NCBI GenBank assembly: GCA_040285825.1
Contig: JAUPSS010000001.1
Coordinates: forward strand, 2,852,001 to 2,916,000
Direction of reading: 5' to 3'
DNA from: Eukaryota sp. TZLM1-RC
Taxonomy: Eukaryota > Protista > Metamonada: BaSk clade
DNA length: 64,000 bases
Shown here: piece by piece, positions 47,690 to 59,294 of the stretch
How positions within the stretch are numbered: position 1 is the stretch's first letter
How the letters are laid out: every line of letters begins with the position of its first letter
Position numbers and translations under genes: made by a program
The notes under the pieces: generated by a model
The model's database searches: none
Seen by the model: the letters and a program-made list of their open reading frames with translations, nothing else
Told to the model about the DNA's origin: nothing

Positions 47690-50656
47690 TTAATCAAAAG
47701 ATTGGGTATAAAATGTACCATCATCAAATAAACCACCACCAGCGTCAAACGAGAAATTGGGAAGTTCAGGAATGGCAGCAGAGGAAGGAACATTGAAGGA
47801 AAAATTCCATTTCGCTTTATCACCACTCTTATCGTTCTTCGTTCCTTCTGCAACACTTGATCTTCTTTGGGTTGGTCTCATGACCGGCATTCTGGGCTTG
47901 GGAATAGAGATCTTGCTACGTCTAAGAGCAGTGAGGGGGCCTTCCACAAAACAAGCAAGATTCTTGTACCAGAGAATTAATTTATTCCAAAGTACGTGAC
48001 GAGACAAAACTTTGGGATTGCCAGTAATAACTAGGCCATATTTAGCACGAGTGAGAGCAACGTTAAGTCTTCGAGAATCAGAGAGAAAACCAATAGAAGA
48101 CAAGTCATTGGAACGAACACAAGAAAGAATGATGTAATCTTTTTCCCTACCTTGGAAAGAATCTACAGAGGCAACCTCAACATCCCTATAGAGGTTGGAA
48201 TGAAGGGGACCACAGCGCTGCATGTGGGAAACGATGAAGGAACGTTGACCTTCATAAGGAGTAATGACACCGATTTGGTCGGGTGAGACACCAGTTTTCA
48301 AAAATTCAGTTACGCATTTCTCAACAAAAGAAGCTTCTGTCCTGTTAAGGTAGGATGTCCCACTTGCTGAGAGTTCCTCTGCACCAGTACATACATGGAA
48401 CAAAAGAGGAAGTGTGGGATCGACCCAAGGAAAAGCTCCGTGGTCACGTGATTGAACACGTTCACAGGCAGTAACACCGTTCTGGAGTGTTCCTTCATAG
48501 AAAGTATCAGAAGGGAATTCAGCTAACATTGGATGCATTCTGTACTGAATTTGAAGTCTAGTGGGGCGATGGCCCAAAAGAACCAGCCTTTCAAACATTG
48601 ATTGGGATAATCCTGCATTAGCTGCTTCCTTGCAAAGAACAACTGGTCCTAATTGGCAATGATCACCAACTAAAATTACCTTGGTAGCACCTGACACCAA
48701 GGGAATAAGACACTCTGGTTCAGTAGAGGCAGTAGCTTCATCAATTAACACGTATTTGTATTTTAAATGCTTCAATCTTGTATCTCCTGCTCCAACACAT
48801 GTAGTGACAATAACCTGACAGTTCTTCAAGACTTCTCTTTCAGCAGCTACTTTCAGTTGAATGTAGCGGTGTTCATCTTGAGTGGAAAGCTCTCCTTGTT
48901 CAAGTTTTTGTTGAGTAAGTTTGGCTAAATTTGACTTTCCATTTTGAGCTTTTCTTTCAGATTCTACTTGAAGAATGACGTTATGCAAAGCCAAATGCTC
49001 AACTGGTGAAGCAATAGATTCTCTAGACTTGGCAAACACTCTCACAGCCCTAACACCAGTTTCATGGATAAGCTGGGCAAGTCTATCAGCAGCTGTGTTA
49101 CTAGGAGCACAAACCATAATCATGGTGTTCTTCTTGGCATTACGTGCAAGCTCCTGTGTGAGGTAATAAACAATGGTTGCAGAAGTGACACTCTTTCCAG
49201 TTCCGGGGGGTCCTTGAATCATAGAGATTGGCTGAGCACTAGTCAGAACAGTCTTGACCGCCTGTTGTTGGGAAGGATTGAGTTCAGGTAGATGAGGAGC
49301 TGACATTACTTGGGGTAGATTACCTTTGGCAACTGCTGGTTCGCATTGGGCGGGGTGGCCGAGTAGCATTTGTTTAATGTTCTTGGAAACAGACTTTTGG
49401 TCCCTTGACAACTTAGAAAGAGCCTTCAACATTCTATCAAAAGAAGTAGATTTCCAAATAAAATCAACTGAAAACCCAATACTAACATCTACGGGAGCCC
49501 TATTAGAATCAGAACCAGGTTTAAGTTCAACCACAACCTCCTCTGCAGTGTTGAACCTCAAAACATGACCCACACAGGACCAAGGGGGATGCCTTCCATC
49601 GCCTGAATAACGTAAGCGGAGTTCATCACCCACAACAAGACGAAGTTCCGAATCAGCAGAGAAAGAAGGAAACTGGAAACAAGCTTGACGACGTCTTGAT
49701 TGGGAAGTGTCCCACCTTATAGTAATTCCAGAGGTAGATTGACTTTCCTTGACTTTTCTATCGTTTTCAGCTTCCAACTGCACAAGGGGAGTAAACACAG
49801 TATCATAAGCTTTACCGTCTTCGTAATTAAGAGCTACCTTGGGGACCTCTGAAACAAGGGGGTCTTCCTGGCCATTAGAGATTCTAATCAAATCGTCAAG
49901 TGAAGCATATGGCCTAGTCAGCCATAAATGTTCAAGGGAATTCGCTTGACTTGAGGAAATTAACTTAACATTGGGGTTTTCCAGCTCATTCATAGTAGGA
50001 GGTCTTAATACCCAAGGTAAAAGAGCCTTATCGGTAATCAAAGGTAGCCACTTGTCAAGACTCCAATCTGGGTTTTTAGTTCTAGAAAGACAAGGTTCCC
50101 TGCACAGGAGGACAACCACATGCTCTCCTTTTGCAGGAACAAAACCCAAGAGAAAGATATTCCGGCAACCACATGAGTAACACTCAAGAATGGTATCCCC
50201 AAGTGGAGAGTCAGGGTGAAGGTTAATTTCCTTGTGCTTAGACCGGACCAAGTGGTTAACAATATGGGAACCAGAAGAACCGAGTCTGGCGTTGCAAAAC
50301 CATTTTCTACAACAGTCACATTGAACGAGACAAGCGCCTTCAGAGAGGGAGCAGTATGCGCAAGAGTCTTCAGCAGAAGGAGGGGCTTGGTCAGGGGAAG
50401 GGTCCTCAAGTGAGATGAAAGTTCCACGAGCACGAGGGGCTTTGCCTGTTTGACGTGGTTGAGAAGAAGAGTCGTTGTCATTGAAGAAAGCAGGTTCGTC
50501 TTTGGGGTCAGTGAAGTCAGGCTGGTTCTGGCTTTGACTCTGAGAGCCAAAGTCAAAGAAGTCAAACTGCTGAGAGCCTGCAGAAGTAGTTTGCGTAGCA
50601 CGAATGTGCTCGTCTTGAGTAGCAATGTCGGACACGTTGAACTGCCCAGCAAACAT
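47690..50656 (-). CDS. UPF1: UPF1 / regulator of nonsense transcripts 1 RNA helicase
   Basis: CH domain (CAYC..KWFCN..SHIVNHLV..LECYSCG), QGPPGTGKS, LIDEA, VGDHCQLGP and VDSFQGREKD. An alternative in-frame ATG lies at 50710. Confidence 0.97.
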   Translation of the reverse strand: MFAGQFNVSDIATQDEHIRATQTTSAGSQQFDFFDFGSQSQSQNQPDFTDPKDEPAFFNDNDSSSQPRQTGKAPRARGTFISLEDPSPDQAPPSAEDSCAYCSLSEGACLVQCDCCRKWFCNARLGSSGSHIVNHLVRSKHKEINLHPDSPLGDTILECYSCGCRNIFLLGFVPAKGEHVVVLLCREPCLSRTKNPDWSLDKWLPLITDKALLPWVLRPPTMNELENPNVKLISSSQANSLEHLWLTRPYASLDDLIRISNGQEDPLVSEVPKVALNYEDGKAYDTVFTPLVQLEAENDRKVKESQSTSGITIRWDTSQSRRRQACFQFPSFSADSELRLVVGDELRLRYSGDGRHPPWSCVGHVLRFNTAEEVVVELKPGSDSNRAPVDVSIGFSVDFIWKSTSFDRMLKALSKLSRDQKSVSKNIKQMLLGHPAQCEPAVAKGNLPQVMSAPHLPELNPSQQQAVKTVLTSAQPISMIQGPPGTGKSVTSATIVYYLTQELARNAKKNTMIMVCAPSNTAADRLAQLIHETGVRAVRVFAKSRESIASPVEHLALHNVILQVESERKAQNGKSNLAKLTQQKLEQGELSTQDEHRYIQLKVAAEREVLKNCQVIVTTCVGAGDTRLKHLKYKYVLIDEATASTEPECLIPLVSGATKVILVGDHCQLGPVVLCKEAANAGLSQSMFERLVLLGHRPTRLQIQYRMHPMLAEFPSDTFYEGTLQNGVTACERVQSRDHGAFPWVDPTLPLLFHVCTGAEELSASGTSYLNRTEASFVEKCVTEFLKTGVSPDQIGVITPYEGQRSFIVSHMQRCGPLHSNLYRDVEVASVDSFQGREKDYIILSCVRSNDLSSIGFLSDSRRLNVALTRAKYGLVITGNPKVLSRHVLWNKLILWYKNLACFVEGPLTALRRSKISIPKPRMPVMRPTQRRSSVAEGTKNDKSGDKAKWNFSFNVPSSAAIPELPNFSFDAGGGLFDDGTFYTQSFD

Positions 50657-50708
50657 TGGACTTGAAAAATAAGAGATTTCAGATTTTTCTTTGTACAACT
50701 TTCCAAAC

Positions 50709-51173
50709 ATGTATTCTTTATTCTCAACATCTGGGACACCAAAAGTACGATGTTTTGCTGTATTAAGCAAAGTTGGAACTCCGCTTTACATATCAGTTCC
50801 TCCCACGGACGAACATATTGTATTTCACTTTATGACACATTGCTCCCTGGATTACTTTGAAGAGAAACTCAATTCTATTGACTCCACTAGACATCCGTGT
50901 TACCTTGATCTTTTGTACCCCAGTGAGGCACATAGAACTTACGGCTTCATCACACCAACTGGCACAAAGTTTGTAGTTATCATTGATGACATTGACATTA
51001 CAAAATCAGCCATGGAACGCTTCTTTTCGTCAGCGTATGAAGCTTATCTTAAAGTTGTATTGAATCCCTTTTATGAAGATCTAAAGCCTATTAAATCCAA
51101 TCTGTTTGAATCAAATATATTAACTGCGATAACTTTACTTGAAGGTGAACTCAAGTCTATACTGAACAAATAG
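50709..51173 (+). CDS. TRAPPC2L: Sedlin-family TRAPP subunit (TRAPPC2L-like)
   Basis: Motifs PLYI, HCSLDYFEEK, YLDLLYP, YGFITPTGTKFV and YLKVVLNPFY. Confidence 0.88.
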   Translation: MYSLFSTSGTPKVRCFAVLSKVGTPLYISVPPTDEHIVFHFMTHCSLDYFEEKLNSIDSTRHPCYLDLLYPSEAHRTYGFITPTGTKFVVIIDDIDITKSAMERFFSSAYEAYLKVVLNPFYEDLKPIKSNLFESNILTAITLLEGELKSILNK

Positions 51174-51552
51174 ATTTTGTTTTATTTGGAATTATTTTTG
51201 TGGATTTTGTTTGTATTTTTAGTAAATTTTATAGAAGGTTTACTAATATTCACTCAAAGCCAAATTCTAGTGTATATGTCCTATAGAAATTGTGGTGCGT
51301 TTTTGTTACCAATAAATTTATCATTATTTGATATTCATTTTCCTTTTACATTTCATTGTGTATTGGATCACGCTGTTTATTTTCCGAAATAGTGCTTGAC
51401 AATGGTGTGATTTCTTTCACCCCGTACTAACTATATATCAAAGAATCAAGATTAACAAACTCATAGTATGGTCACACCACCTGGTTGTGAGGAATTTTGA
51501 ATTCGAAACACAAGATTCACCTCCATCCCAAATTCTGTACAACACGTAACCA

Positions 51553-52398
51553 ATGTCAGATGATACCATCTGGATGTGTGTGAACAACACCTTTTGTTCC
51601 TACAAAGTAAAAACAGAAACTCAGACCTTTTGTAGACACAAACTTAATGTCACTGGACTCTGCTCCCGTACTTCTTGTGTACTAGCCAATTCTCGATATG
51701 CTACGATCGTAGAACACGAAGGAAAATGTTACTTATACATGAAAACCATTGAACGAGCACATTCTCCTGCCAACTTGTGGGAGAAAATACCTCTTCCCTC
51801 TAATTACAAAGAAGCTCTCTCAATCATAGACGAACAACTCCAATTCTGGCCTGAATGGGTAATCAATAAGTGTAAACAACGACTCACTAAGATCGTCCAA
51901 TACATTATCCGGTTACGCAAGATGCACAAAAACTCTACTTCCCAACTCGTTGGCATTAACAAAAAGGTTGAGCGTCGAGAAAAGACGAGAGAACTCAAAG
52001 CACTCTCTGCTGCTCAGTTGGAACGCACAATATCAAAGGAACTGCTCACAAAATTACAAGCCGGTGAATATTCTGATATTTTCAACTTTCCGCAACGTCA
52101 ATATGAGCAATTGTTGGATGATCAACAACTCTCTGATCAGTCTGATCTTGAATCAATTCCTGAAGGTTTTATTGAAGACTATAGTGACTCTGATGAAGGG
52201 TTCTCTGGTTCTGATGCTGAACTTCCATCAACCTTACCTGATCAGCCACCTAGTATTAATTCTGATGATGATATCGAGAATGCACCTTCAACTCAAAGAA
52301 AGAGAAGATCTGCTCCCAAATCAAAGAGTAGACGTCCCCGTGTTGAAATTGAGTTTGAGGAGGAAACACTTGATGGAGAGTTGGAAGAGGTAAATTAG
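51553..52398 (+). CDS. MAK16: MAK16 ribosome biogenesis protein
   Basis: DTIW..FCSYK, NVTGLC.R.SC.LANSRYAT, YMKTIERAHSP, KCKQRLTK and an acidic tail. Confidence 0.96.
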   Translation: MSDDTIWMCVNNTFCSYKVKTETQTFCRHKLNVTGLCSRTSCVLANSRYATIVEHEGKCYLYMKTIERAHSPANLWEKIPLPSNYKEALSIIDEQLQFWPEWVINKCKQRLTKIVQYIIRLRKMHKNSTSQLVGINKKVERREKTRELKALSAAQLERTISKELLTKLQAGEYSDIFNFPQRQYEQLLDDQQLSDQSDLESIPEGFIEDYSDSDEGFSGSDAELPSTLPDQPPSINSDDDIENAPSTQRKRRSAPKSKSRRPRVEIEFEEETLDGELEEVN

Positions 52399-52468
52399 TC
52401 ATTTTTGTTAGTTTTATTAGTCTATTTTTGTGGGAATTCAATATAATATTATATTTAACATTACACAT

Positions 52469-53126
52469 TTACAAAATACCATCTAATGTTGAAACAATTT
52501 CCTGGAAGTTTGTCAAAAATTCAGGTGTTACATCACCTTGTGAAACTGATTTAATTGGATAAACATACTCTTCATCAAAAGTCCACCCTCGCTTGCTTAT
52601 CACTTCTTGTATTTCCTCCAAGGAAAGGTTAACAAGTTCTTGTAAAGTCGACATTTTGAGTGAAGTGTATAGAATCTCTATAGTTCCAAAGATCTTTGAT
52701 CTAAGCTTCTCTATGGTAAAAACATCGTTTACAGAACACACTGATCACAAATGGAAAAAGTTCTGCAACTAAGGGACTCCAAGGGTGGTTGACTAAGTGG
52801 TATATTGAGTTAAAATCAAAATCTTGAATCGACTCAACGATTGTATTTAAAACAGTGATTTCTGAATCCTGTACTGATTTAAGGTCGTCTGGAACCCTTT
52901 TCCAAAGAAGTTGTGCATTCTGATACTCACCCAAACATAAATAACAGGTCTGTAAAACAGCATAGAAAGGAACATGGGTAGAAAGTGATGTTAGACACAG
53001 CTATGATGAGCTACAAAACTGTGATACTGTTTCAAGTTCTTCATCTTCGCAGAAATCACGAAGTTCCGTGAAATTCCTTTGTTCAGAAGCACAAGAGTTG
53101 ACAAGTGAAGCTAGTTTAGATTGCAT
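52469..53126 (-). CDS. CSN8: COP9 signalosome subunit 8 (CSN8/eIF3K family); introns 53001-53027 and 52711-52741
   Basis: Spliced product contains CEDEELE, YLCLGEYQNAQLLWKRVP and IEILYTSL..GW. Confidence 0.8.
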
Positions 53127-53415
53127 ATTCAAAAGTGTTGAGATTTTTCTACCAAAAATATCCTCCTCAGACAGTTTTAAGAATTATCAAATCGTGTATC
53201 TGTGGTTTTCATTTGAAATGCATACTTTCTTCAAGCATCATTCAAACTTATGAATTGTATATGAATTTTGTTTTAAGATCAGTTAAGTTTTGTTACCTGC
53301 ATTAAACAACGGTTGACAAGATCATTGTTGTGGGTTAGTAAAGGATATCAGACCATCGTTGCGAAGGTGTGTGATCAAATGAACCCCATAGATAAACCTA
53401 TCAATTTGCTTTCAC

Positions 53416-53977
53416 ATGTCCGAACGTGTAAGACTTTGGTTCAACAAGCCATGGATGATCATTGCACGGAACATCATTTGGATTATTTTGGGTCCTGGCT
53501 TTGTAGTCTTTCTCTTGTATTTAATTGTATGAGCAAACTTATTCATCTAATTTCAGGGAGGTCTCTTCCTCGCAATCACTATTGTTGGTATCCCCTGGGC
53601 AGTTAGAGGTATGTCTTTTGAATTTTAATTTTAGTCTGGCAAATGTCAAGGTATATCATCTGGCCAGCTGGTCTTGAAATTCGTCGAACTGAAGAAACGC
53701 CAGTGAAGGCTTTATATATTTTCTTAATAGTCTGGTGGCTGATATTCATTGGTATTGCTCTGATCGTCATTCACATTTCCTTAGGTATTGCACTACTCTT
53801 CACCATTATTGGTATTCCTGCAGGTGTGTTCATTTTGGTTTCTTCCTCATCCAAGCAATTGAACATTTCAAATTATTACAGATTGCATGGAATCCACTCG
53901 GTATCACCATGCAACCTACTGAATGGGCTTCTCGCTCATCACACGAAACTGGACGTACTCCACCAGTCATGACGTAA
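53416..53977 (+). CDS. YccF-domain small membrane protein; introns 53527-53556, 53609-53634 and 53824-53855
   Basis: Spliced product has two repeats: NIIWIILG..ITIVGIPWA..IIWPAG and WWLIFIG..TIIGIPAAIEHFKL..WNPLG. Confidence 0.82.
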
Positions 53978-54149
53978 GCAGTAGTGTATAAAAGCTATTG
54001 TATATAGAATATGTTAATAAAGAATGTTGTTATTTTTAATAATCCAGAAAAATGTGGACTCAATGTTGTATATTTTCAAATGGGAGAAAAAAGCTTTTAA
54101 CTATAAAAGTAGAAGTGTATTTATTAAACTTGCACACTTAATAAATAAA

Positions 54150-57000
54150 CTCATTACTAATGGGACGAAATTCATTGAACCAAGATTTCCTCTACAAAAG
54201 CTTGATCTACTTGCTGTATTCGATTGAAAAACCGACGCAATCTATTCATAATAGCAAATTGATTTCGAGAGTGCCATAAAAAGATATCAAATGTTTTCAT
54301 TGTTTTTTCTTGAACTGTTTTTTTGAAATCATTCAAAAAAGTTTCTGCTCCTACTAAAAGTCTTCCGTTTATAGAAAATGGGAAAGCAATAAAAACAAGT
54401 AATCTATTTCTATGAGCATTAGTTTCCTTCGATATCTTTGCCATATTTTCTATGTTTTTCTTTGGCCTTAAATTCAAGAGCATCTACAGGATTAAGTTTT
54501 CCTCTTTGAACCAAAATGTCATTTGCAACATTACAGAAGACAAAGTCAATAACAGTCAGAGTTCTCAATCCAATCACAGTATATATCACCTCTGTCATCA
54601 GAACCAAAATTATTCAATGACAATGTTTCTTTCAGCAGAGGCTCTTTGTTACACGAAATTTCTGCAGTTCGTGTCATATTGAAAACGGTGTCTCTAACAG
54701 TGTCATGTAATGAAGAACGCTAAGTTATCAAGTTAGAACAATTCAGAGCATGACGCAAAGTGAGCTGTGGTAAATTGGAACAATTACATTTTTCTTTTGT
54801 CAATAATTGATTAATGGGGATATTCAAATATAATCTCATCTTTGTTACAAACGCTTCATTCTCAGCACACAGTTCAAAACTTCTTGGCACAATGGTCACA
54901 AACAGCGACGAATCTGATGACTGATTTTCACAAACACCTTTTTCCAATAACAAAGAGTGGAGATCTTAATTTGAAACAGCTGAGCTGCATTTATTTTTAT
55001 AAAGATCATTTTCATACAGTGCAGTTAGTCGTTTCTGTAATGTTCGAAGAGTATTTTAAAATTAACTAATTATTTTCGGGAATATAGCCATTGAATGATT
55101 GGGAAAAACATTGATTCCATTTTTCTACATCGATTTTTGAAACGTTTTTTTAAATGCAAAAATAGTAAAACTTTGCGTTGTCATTAATAAATCTTCAGAA
55201 TCTGTAAATTTTTCAGAAAACTCAAATATTGCATTTCTGCATCCATCGATAAAAGCAATGGGAGTAAAAATTGAGGCCTTTGTCCAACCTAAACCGCCAT
55301 AATGTGGACCAAGAAAACCACGGTCAGTAAATTAGAACATTTTATATCCTAGTAATTGTGACAAGACTTTTCCACGTAATTCATTAAACTTTTGGGCCAA
55401 TGGCCTAGTGATAAGAGGATTTGTAGATCGAAATATATGATTAAACGGAATTGAAACAAAGTCTTATAATGGTAAATTTGATTTGTTTCTGTATATCCAA
55501 TTTCATCATTTGGTCATTTTTTTTGAAATTATGTTCAACTTATCAAACAATTCTTTGGTAACTTCATCAGTATTTCCTGAAAACGAACCCAAATGACGAA
55601 TAGCATCAGTTGAATATAACTTGGCTTGATTTTCAATACTATCAACTATTGTTGAAACTGGAGAATTTGAAAGAAAAAAACATTTAAATAAGTTTAGTCA
55701 AAGGCCAATTTTGTTGAATAATTCTTTTAAACATAAAGTTGCTTTTTTGACAATCGTTAAGTCACCTATAAGAACAACATCATCCATATAAGCAATCAAA
55801 GGAAACATTGCTTGAATTTGTAAGAAAATTGGATGAATGGCCTGACAAAACAAAAAGGGTCCTAAAGAGTCTCCTTGTTTAACACCACATTGTAATTTCA
55901 TAATAGAATTGGCAAAATGTAAATCAGAATTGGTGCAATATGTTTTTTGAAAATTCGGTAACAATTCTGGCAAGTACTTCAACAAAGCACCATGAATATT
56001 ACGCCGATGATTTGAATTAAAGGCATTACTAAAATCCAACAACATACATTGGATTCATTTTGATGAAATAGAACAACTGTAGCAAAGACTGCTGAAACAA
56101 CTCCATCAGTGGTATAACTCCGTATAGGAACGGTAACCAAAAATTTTGTGCTTTTTTATTGAATATGAAACAGCAAGCTGAAAAGATATTGTGTAAAGTT
56201 TCAGAAACTGCAATTGGACGAACATCCATTTTTGAGTTTTTGACACGTGCAGTGAAACATAAACATCTCAACTTTAATCTCAAGTTTTCAGTAAATTTAA
56301 GCTGATTAAACTCTACTCAAAAATCTTGTTAATAGAATTAAACGATCTTCTAACGAAATTACCGCAGCTTCTCTTATTCTATTGAAAAACCTGGAGACTT
56401 TGCGCGTGGTCGATTTTTGATTACTGAAAAGTGTATGAAAATACTTCTGATGTCATCAATGGATGGCTTTCCCAATAATCTCCATAATAATTTTGACCTA
56501 TTATTGGGTTTCAAATGGATGTAAGATCTTGAGTTTATCTACAGTTTCTTGGTTATTGGGAGCTTTGACTCCTGGATTTAAAGTAGACAAAGCACTAGAC
56601 CACTTGTTATCAAAGTATTTATCTTCAAAAAATTTGCTCATTTCTCAGATGGCACTTTTCTCAGTGCATTATTAGTTGAAAATACAGAATTTCCAACGAA
56701 ATTTTGTTCAAAAAAAGCACAAGAAAAACCAAAATATTTTCAGAGAATATTAATAGAATACTTTTTTTTACATAATTGATCCAAAAATCTTTTAAAAATG
56801 AAGGCAAATTCACTGCATTTCGACGGATGTATTTTTTGAGGGATTTTTATAGGAGGGTGGTAATGGTCTTCTATTCTACATTTCAAGCATCGACCTGCAG
56901 TTTTACCTTTTGTATTTTTTCTGAAAGAAGCATTATATTCACTTATATTACTAATCTTTCTATTGATAAAGCAAATATGGGAAAAAGAAGCCCAAAAGAG
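54150..57000 (-). mobile_element. CRE-like retrotransposon (VEEILVQ family), long degenerate copy
   Basis: Motifs VRPIAVSE, LDFSNAFN, GVKQGDSLGP, AYMDD and RLE-region motifs; many stops and frameshifts. The 5' limit is approximate. Confidence 0.85.
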
Positions 57001-57134
57001 AGGAAATAAGAGAAAGGTCATTCAAAAGGTTAAACCCAAACTGATCTCAATAGTAGGTGTATGCCTTGCTTCTCTTTCACATCAGTTCCACGGTGTAGTA
57101 CAGCATCAGACTCGTTGTGCCACTACCGAATTCA

Positions 57135-58418
57135 ATGAAACTCAATACATTTATACTTGCATTATCCTTCATCTTCATCGCACTTGCCAAGGAATCATAC
57201 TTTTGGGTTATCAATGATCTTCACTCTCAATGGACTTACCAACCTGGAACTTCTATCAAATCCGGGTGTATGACTGGGACCGGTGTTGCAGGTAAATACG
57301 GCGATTTCCACTGCAATACACCTGAAACTCTCACTCGTTCTGCTCTCCAGTTCATGTCCTCATACCACATTAAGGCTGACTTTACTATTTTCGGAGGTGA
57401 CGTGTGGCCCCATGAATTAATCCTGAGTAAGCTGAATGTGAACAAGACAGTCCTTCTCCAAGCAATGGCCAATTTCACTAACCTCTACAATCTTTACTTT
57501 CCCACCACTCCAATGATTCCCATGTTTGGAAACCATGACAATATCGAACCTCACCAATGGGGAAATGACAATGCTTGGTTGTTCAATGCAATGGCTAAGC
57601 TCTGGAAAGCTTATATCCCATCAGATCAGGTCCAGACGTTTAAAAATGGTGGTTATTATAAGGTCGATTTAAACCCAAAGTTTAGCTTTTTGGTTCTCAA
57701 CAGTGGTTGTTACTTTTCATTTGATGACTCTTCAGTTAAGCAGAAGGATCCTTTAGGTCAGTTTCAGTGGTTAACAAGCCAAATCAAGTCCTTACGAAAT
57801 CAAAAAAAGACTGCAATCATAATCACACACGTGGCACCCGGTCAGCACGGTCAACTTCTATACCCTCAAATGCTAGAAAATCACCAATCCAAGCTCTTAA
57901 AAATTCTGTACGACGCAGGTGATGTGATCAAAGGATATATTAATGGTCATGAACATTCTGATTCAATCAAATTGATTGAAACTTCCGATGGGGGTTATAT
58001 TCCTGTTTTTGTGTGTCCCTCAATTCTTTCTGAAGGTGGCCCTGATTTGGCTTATTTTGGTAACAATCCCGCTGTTAGATTGTTTAAATACGATAAGTCT
58101 TCTGGGAAGTTGCTTGATTACCAACAGTTTTGGTTCGACTTGGAAAAGGCTAATTTAAAGAAAACACCAGTGTGGAGTCTTGAATATAGAGCAGGTGCAT
58201 TGTTTGGGATTAATGATTTAAGTCCAAAATCAATGGAAATTGCTTTCAAAAAGTTGGTGAATGACGACAAGACTTGGGATCTTTATTGGGAGTATCTGAA
58301 TGTGAGAGTAGCAAAGCCTAAATTAGGTGAAAGAAGCAAGAGAAATCATCTTTGTTCAATCAAATATCTCAAAATGTTTGATTATCTAGCTTGTTGCAGC
58401 GGAAAACGAGAATTATAG
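57135..58418 (+). CDS. Acid sphingomyelinase-like phosphodiesterase (SMPDL3-type metallophosphoesterase), secreted
   Basis: Signal peptide and motifs NDLH, GKYGDFHCNTP, GGDVWPH, FGNHD, DPLGQFQWL, GHEHSD and NNPAVRLF. Confidence 0.92.
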   Translation: MKLNTFILALSFIFIALAKESYFWVINDLHSQWTYQPGTSIKSGCMTGTGVAGKYGDFHCNTPETLTRSALQFMSSYHIKADFTIFGGDVWPHELILSKLNVNKTVLLQAMANFTNLYNLYFPTTPMIPMFGNHDNIEPHQWGNDNAWLFNAMAKLWKAYIPSDQVQTFKNGGYYKVDLNPKFSFLVLNSGCYFSFDDSSVKQKDPLGQFQWLTSQIKSLRNQKKTAIIITHVAPGQHGQLLYPQMLENHQSKLLKILYDAGDVIKGYINGHEHSDSIKLIETSDGGYIPVFVCPSILSEGGPDLAYFGNNPAVRLFKYDKSSGKLLDYQQFWFDLEKANLKKTPVWSLEYRAGALFGINDLSPKSMEIAFKKLVNDDKTWDLYWEYLNVRVAKPKLGERSKRNHLCSIKYLKMFDYLACCSGKREL

Positions 58419-59294
58419 CTAGTGTACTTGAATGTATTGACTGTAAAGAAATTATTATTGATATTTTTCTTCAAATGTTTTATTTTTATTTTTACATATT
58501 TTGAGTGCAAAAAACATGTAATTTGAAACTTCTTCCTTTTTTTGAATTCGTTAATTCATTCACACAAAACGCAAACCAATAAAAAACCTTAATTCAATGT
58601 GTTTAATAATATCAACGAAATGTTGTAAAACTAAGAAATTATTTGAACAAGACATTTTCAAAACATATCTGAAGTTGCAGAAATGTAAAAAAACGTATTT
58701 ATCATCCAAATCAAGCTGCGTGCAGAAGAATTTTACTTGTATATGGACATTCACAAGATAACTTATGTTTGTCATTTTCACTTATACAGCTTAACCAAAA
58801 GTACACTGCAAATAGTGACAGTGACAAGAGAAAAAGTACATCGGACTGCAGAAAGGAAAATTAACATCTATATTTGAAAATCGAAAATATGCTCATTTTG
58901 AAGGGTTAATAAAGAATCAAGAGTTAATGAAAATCATCATCTGCACTGAAAGAAGAGCACCTATGTTGAGCGTGGTTGAATCGGTGTATTTCTGATTGTC
59001 AAACCGCCTGGTTGTTCCAGATACTTCAATTATTGATTGAATGATTTCTGTTTCTAACTGAACTACTTCTCAACAAACAACAGTAGACCTTATTCATCAA
59101 AATCCTTTACTCTTTGCAAATTTCAAGTGGGAAGCCAGCCTGAAAAATCAGCTAAGTGCACACAAAAAACCAAACAAAACCCAAGAATTGAACTAATCTT
59201 GAGAGCTGAGATTTTTCAGTCTATTTTGTTGAAACACTGATAATATAAGACAAATCAGGGTTCTTCAAAGAAAATTGTATGAATTTGCTGATGT

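Noticed and set aside
50657-50770. True coding overlap of UPF1 and TRAPPC2L as drawn in the ORF track
   Set aside because: The overlap depends on non-ATG starts; with ATG starts the genes overlap by at most 2 nt.
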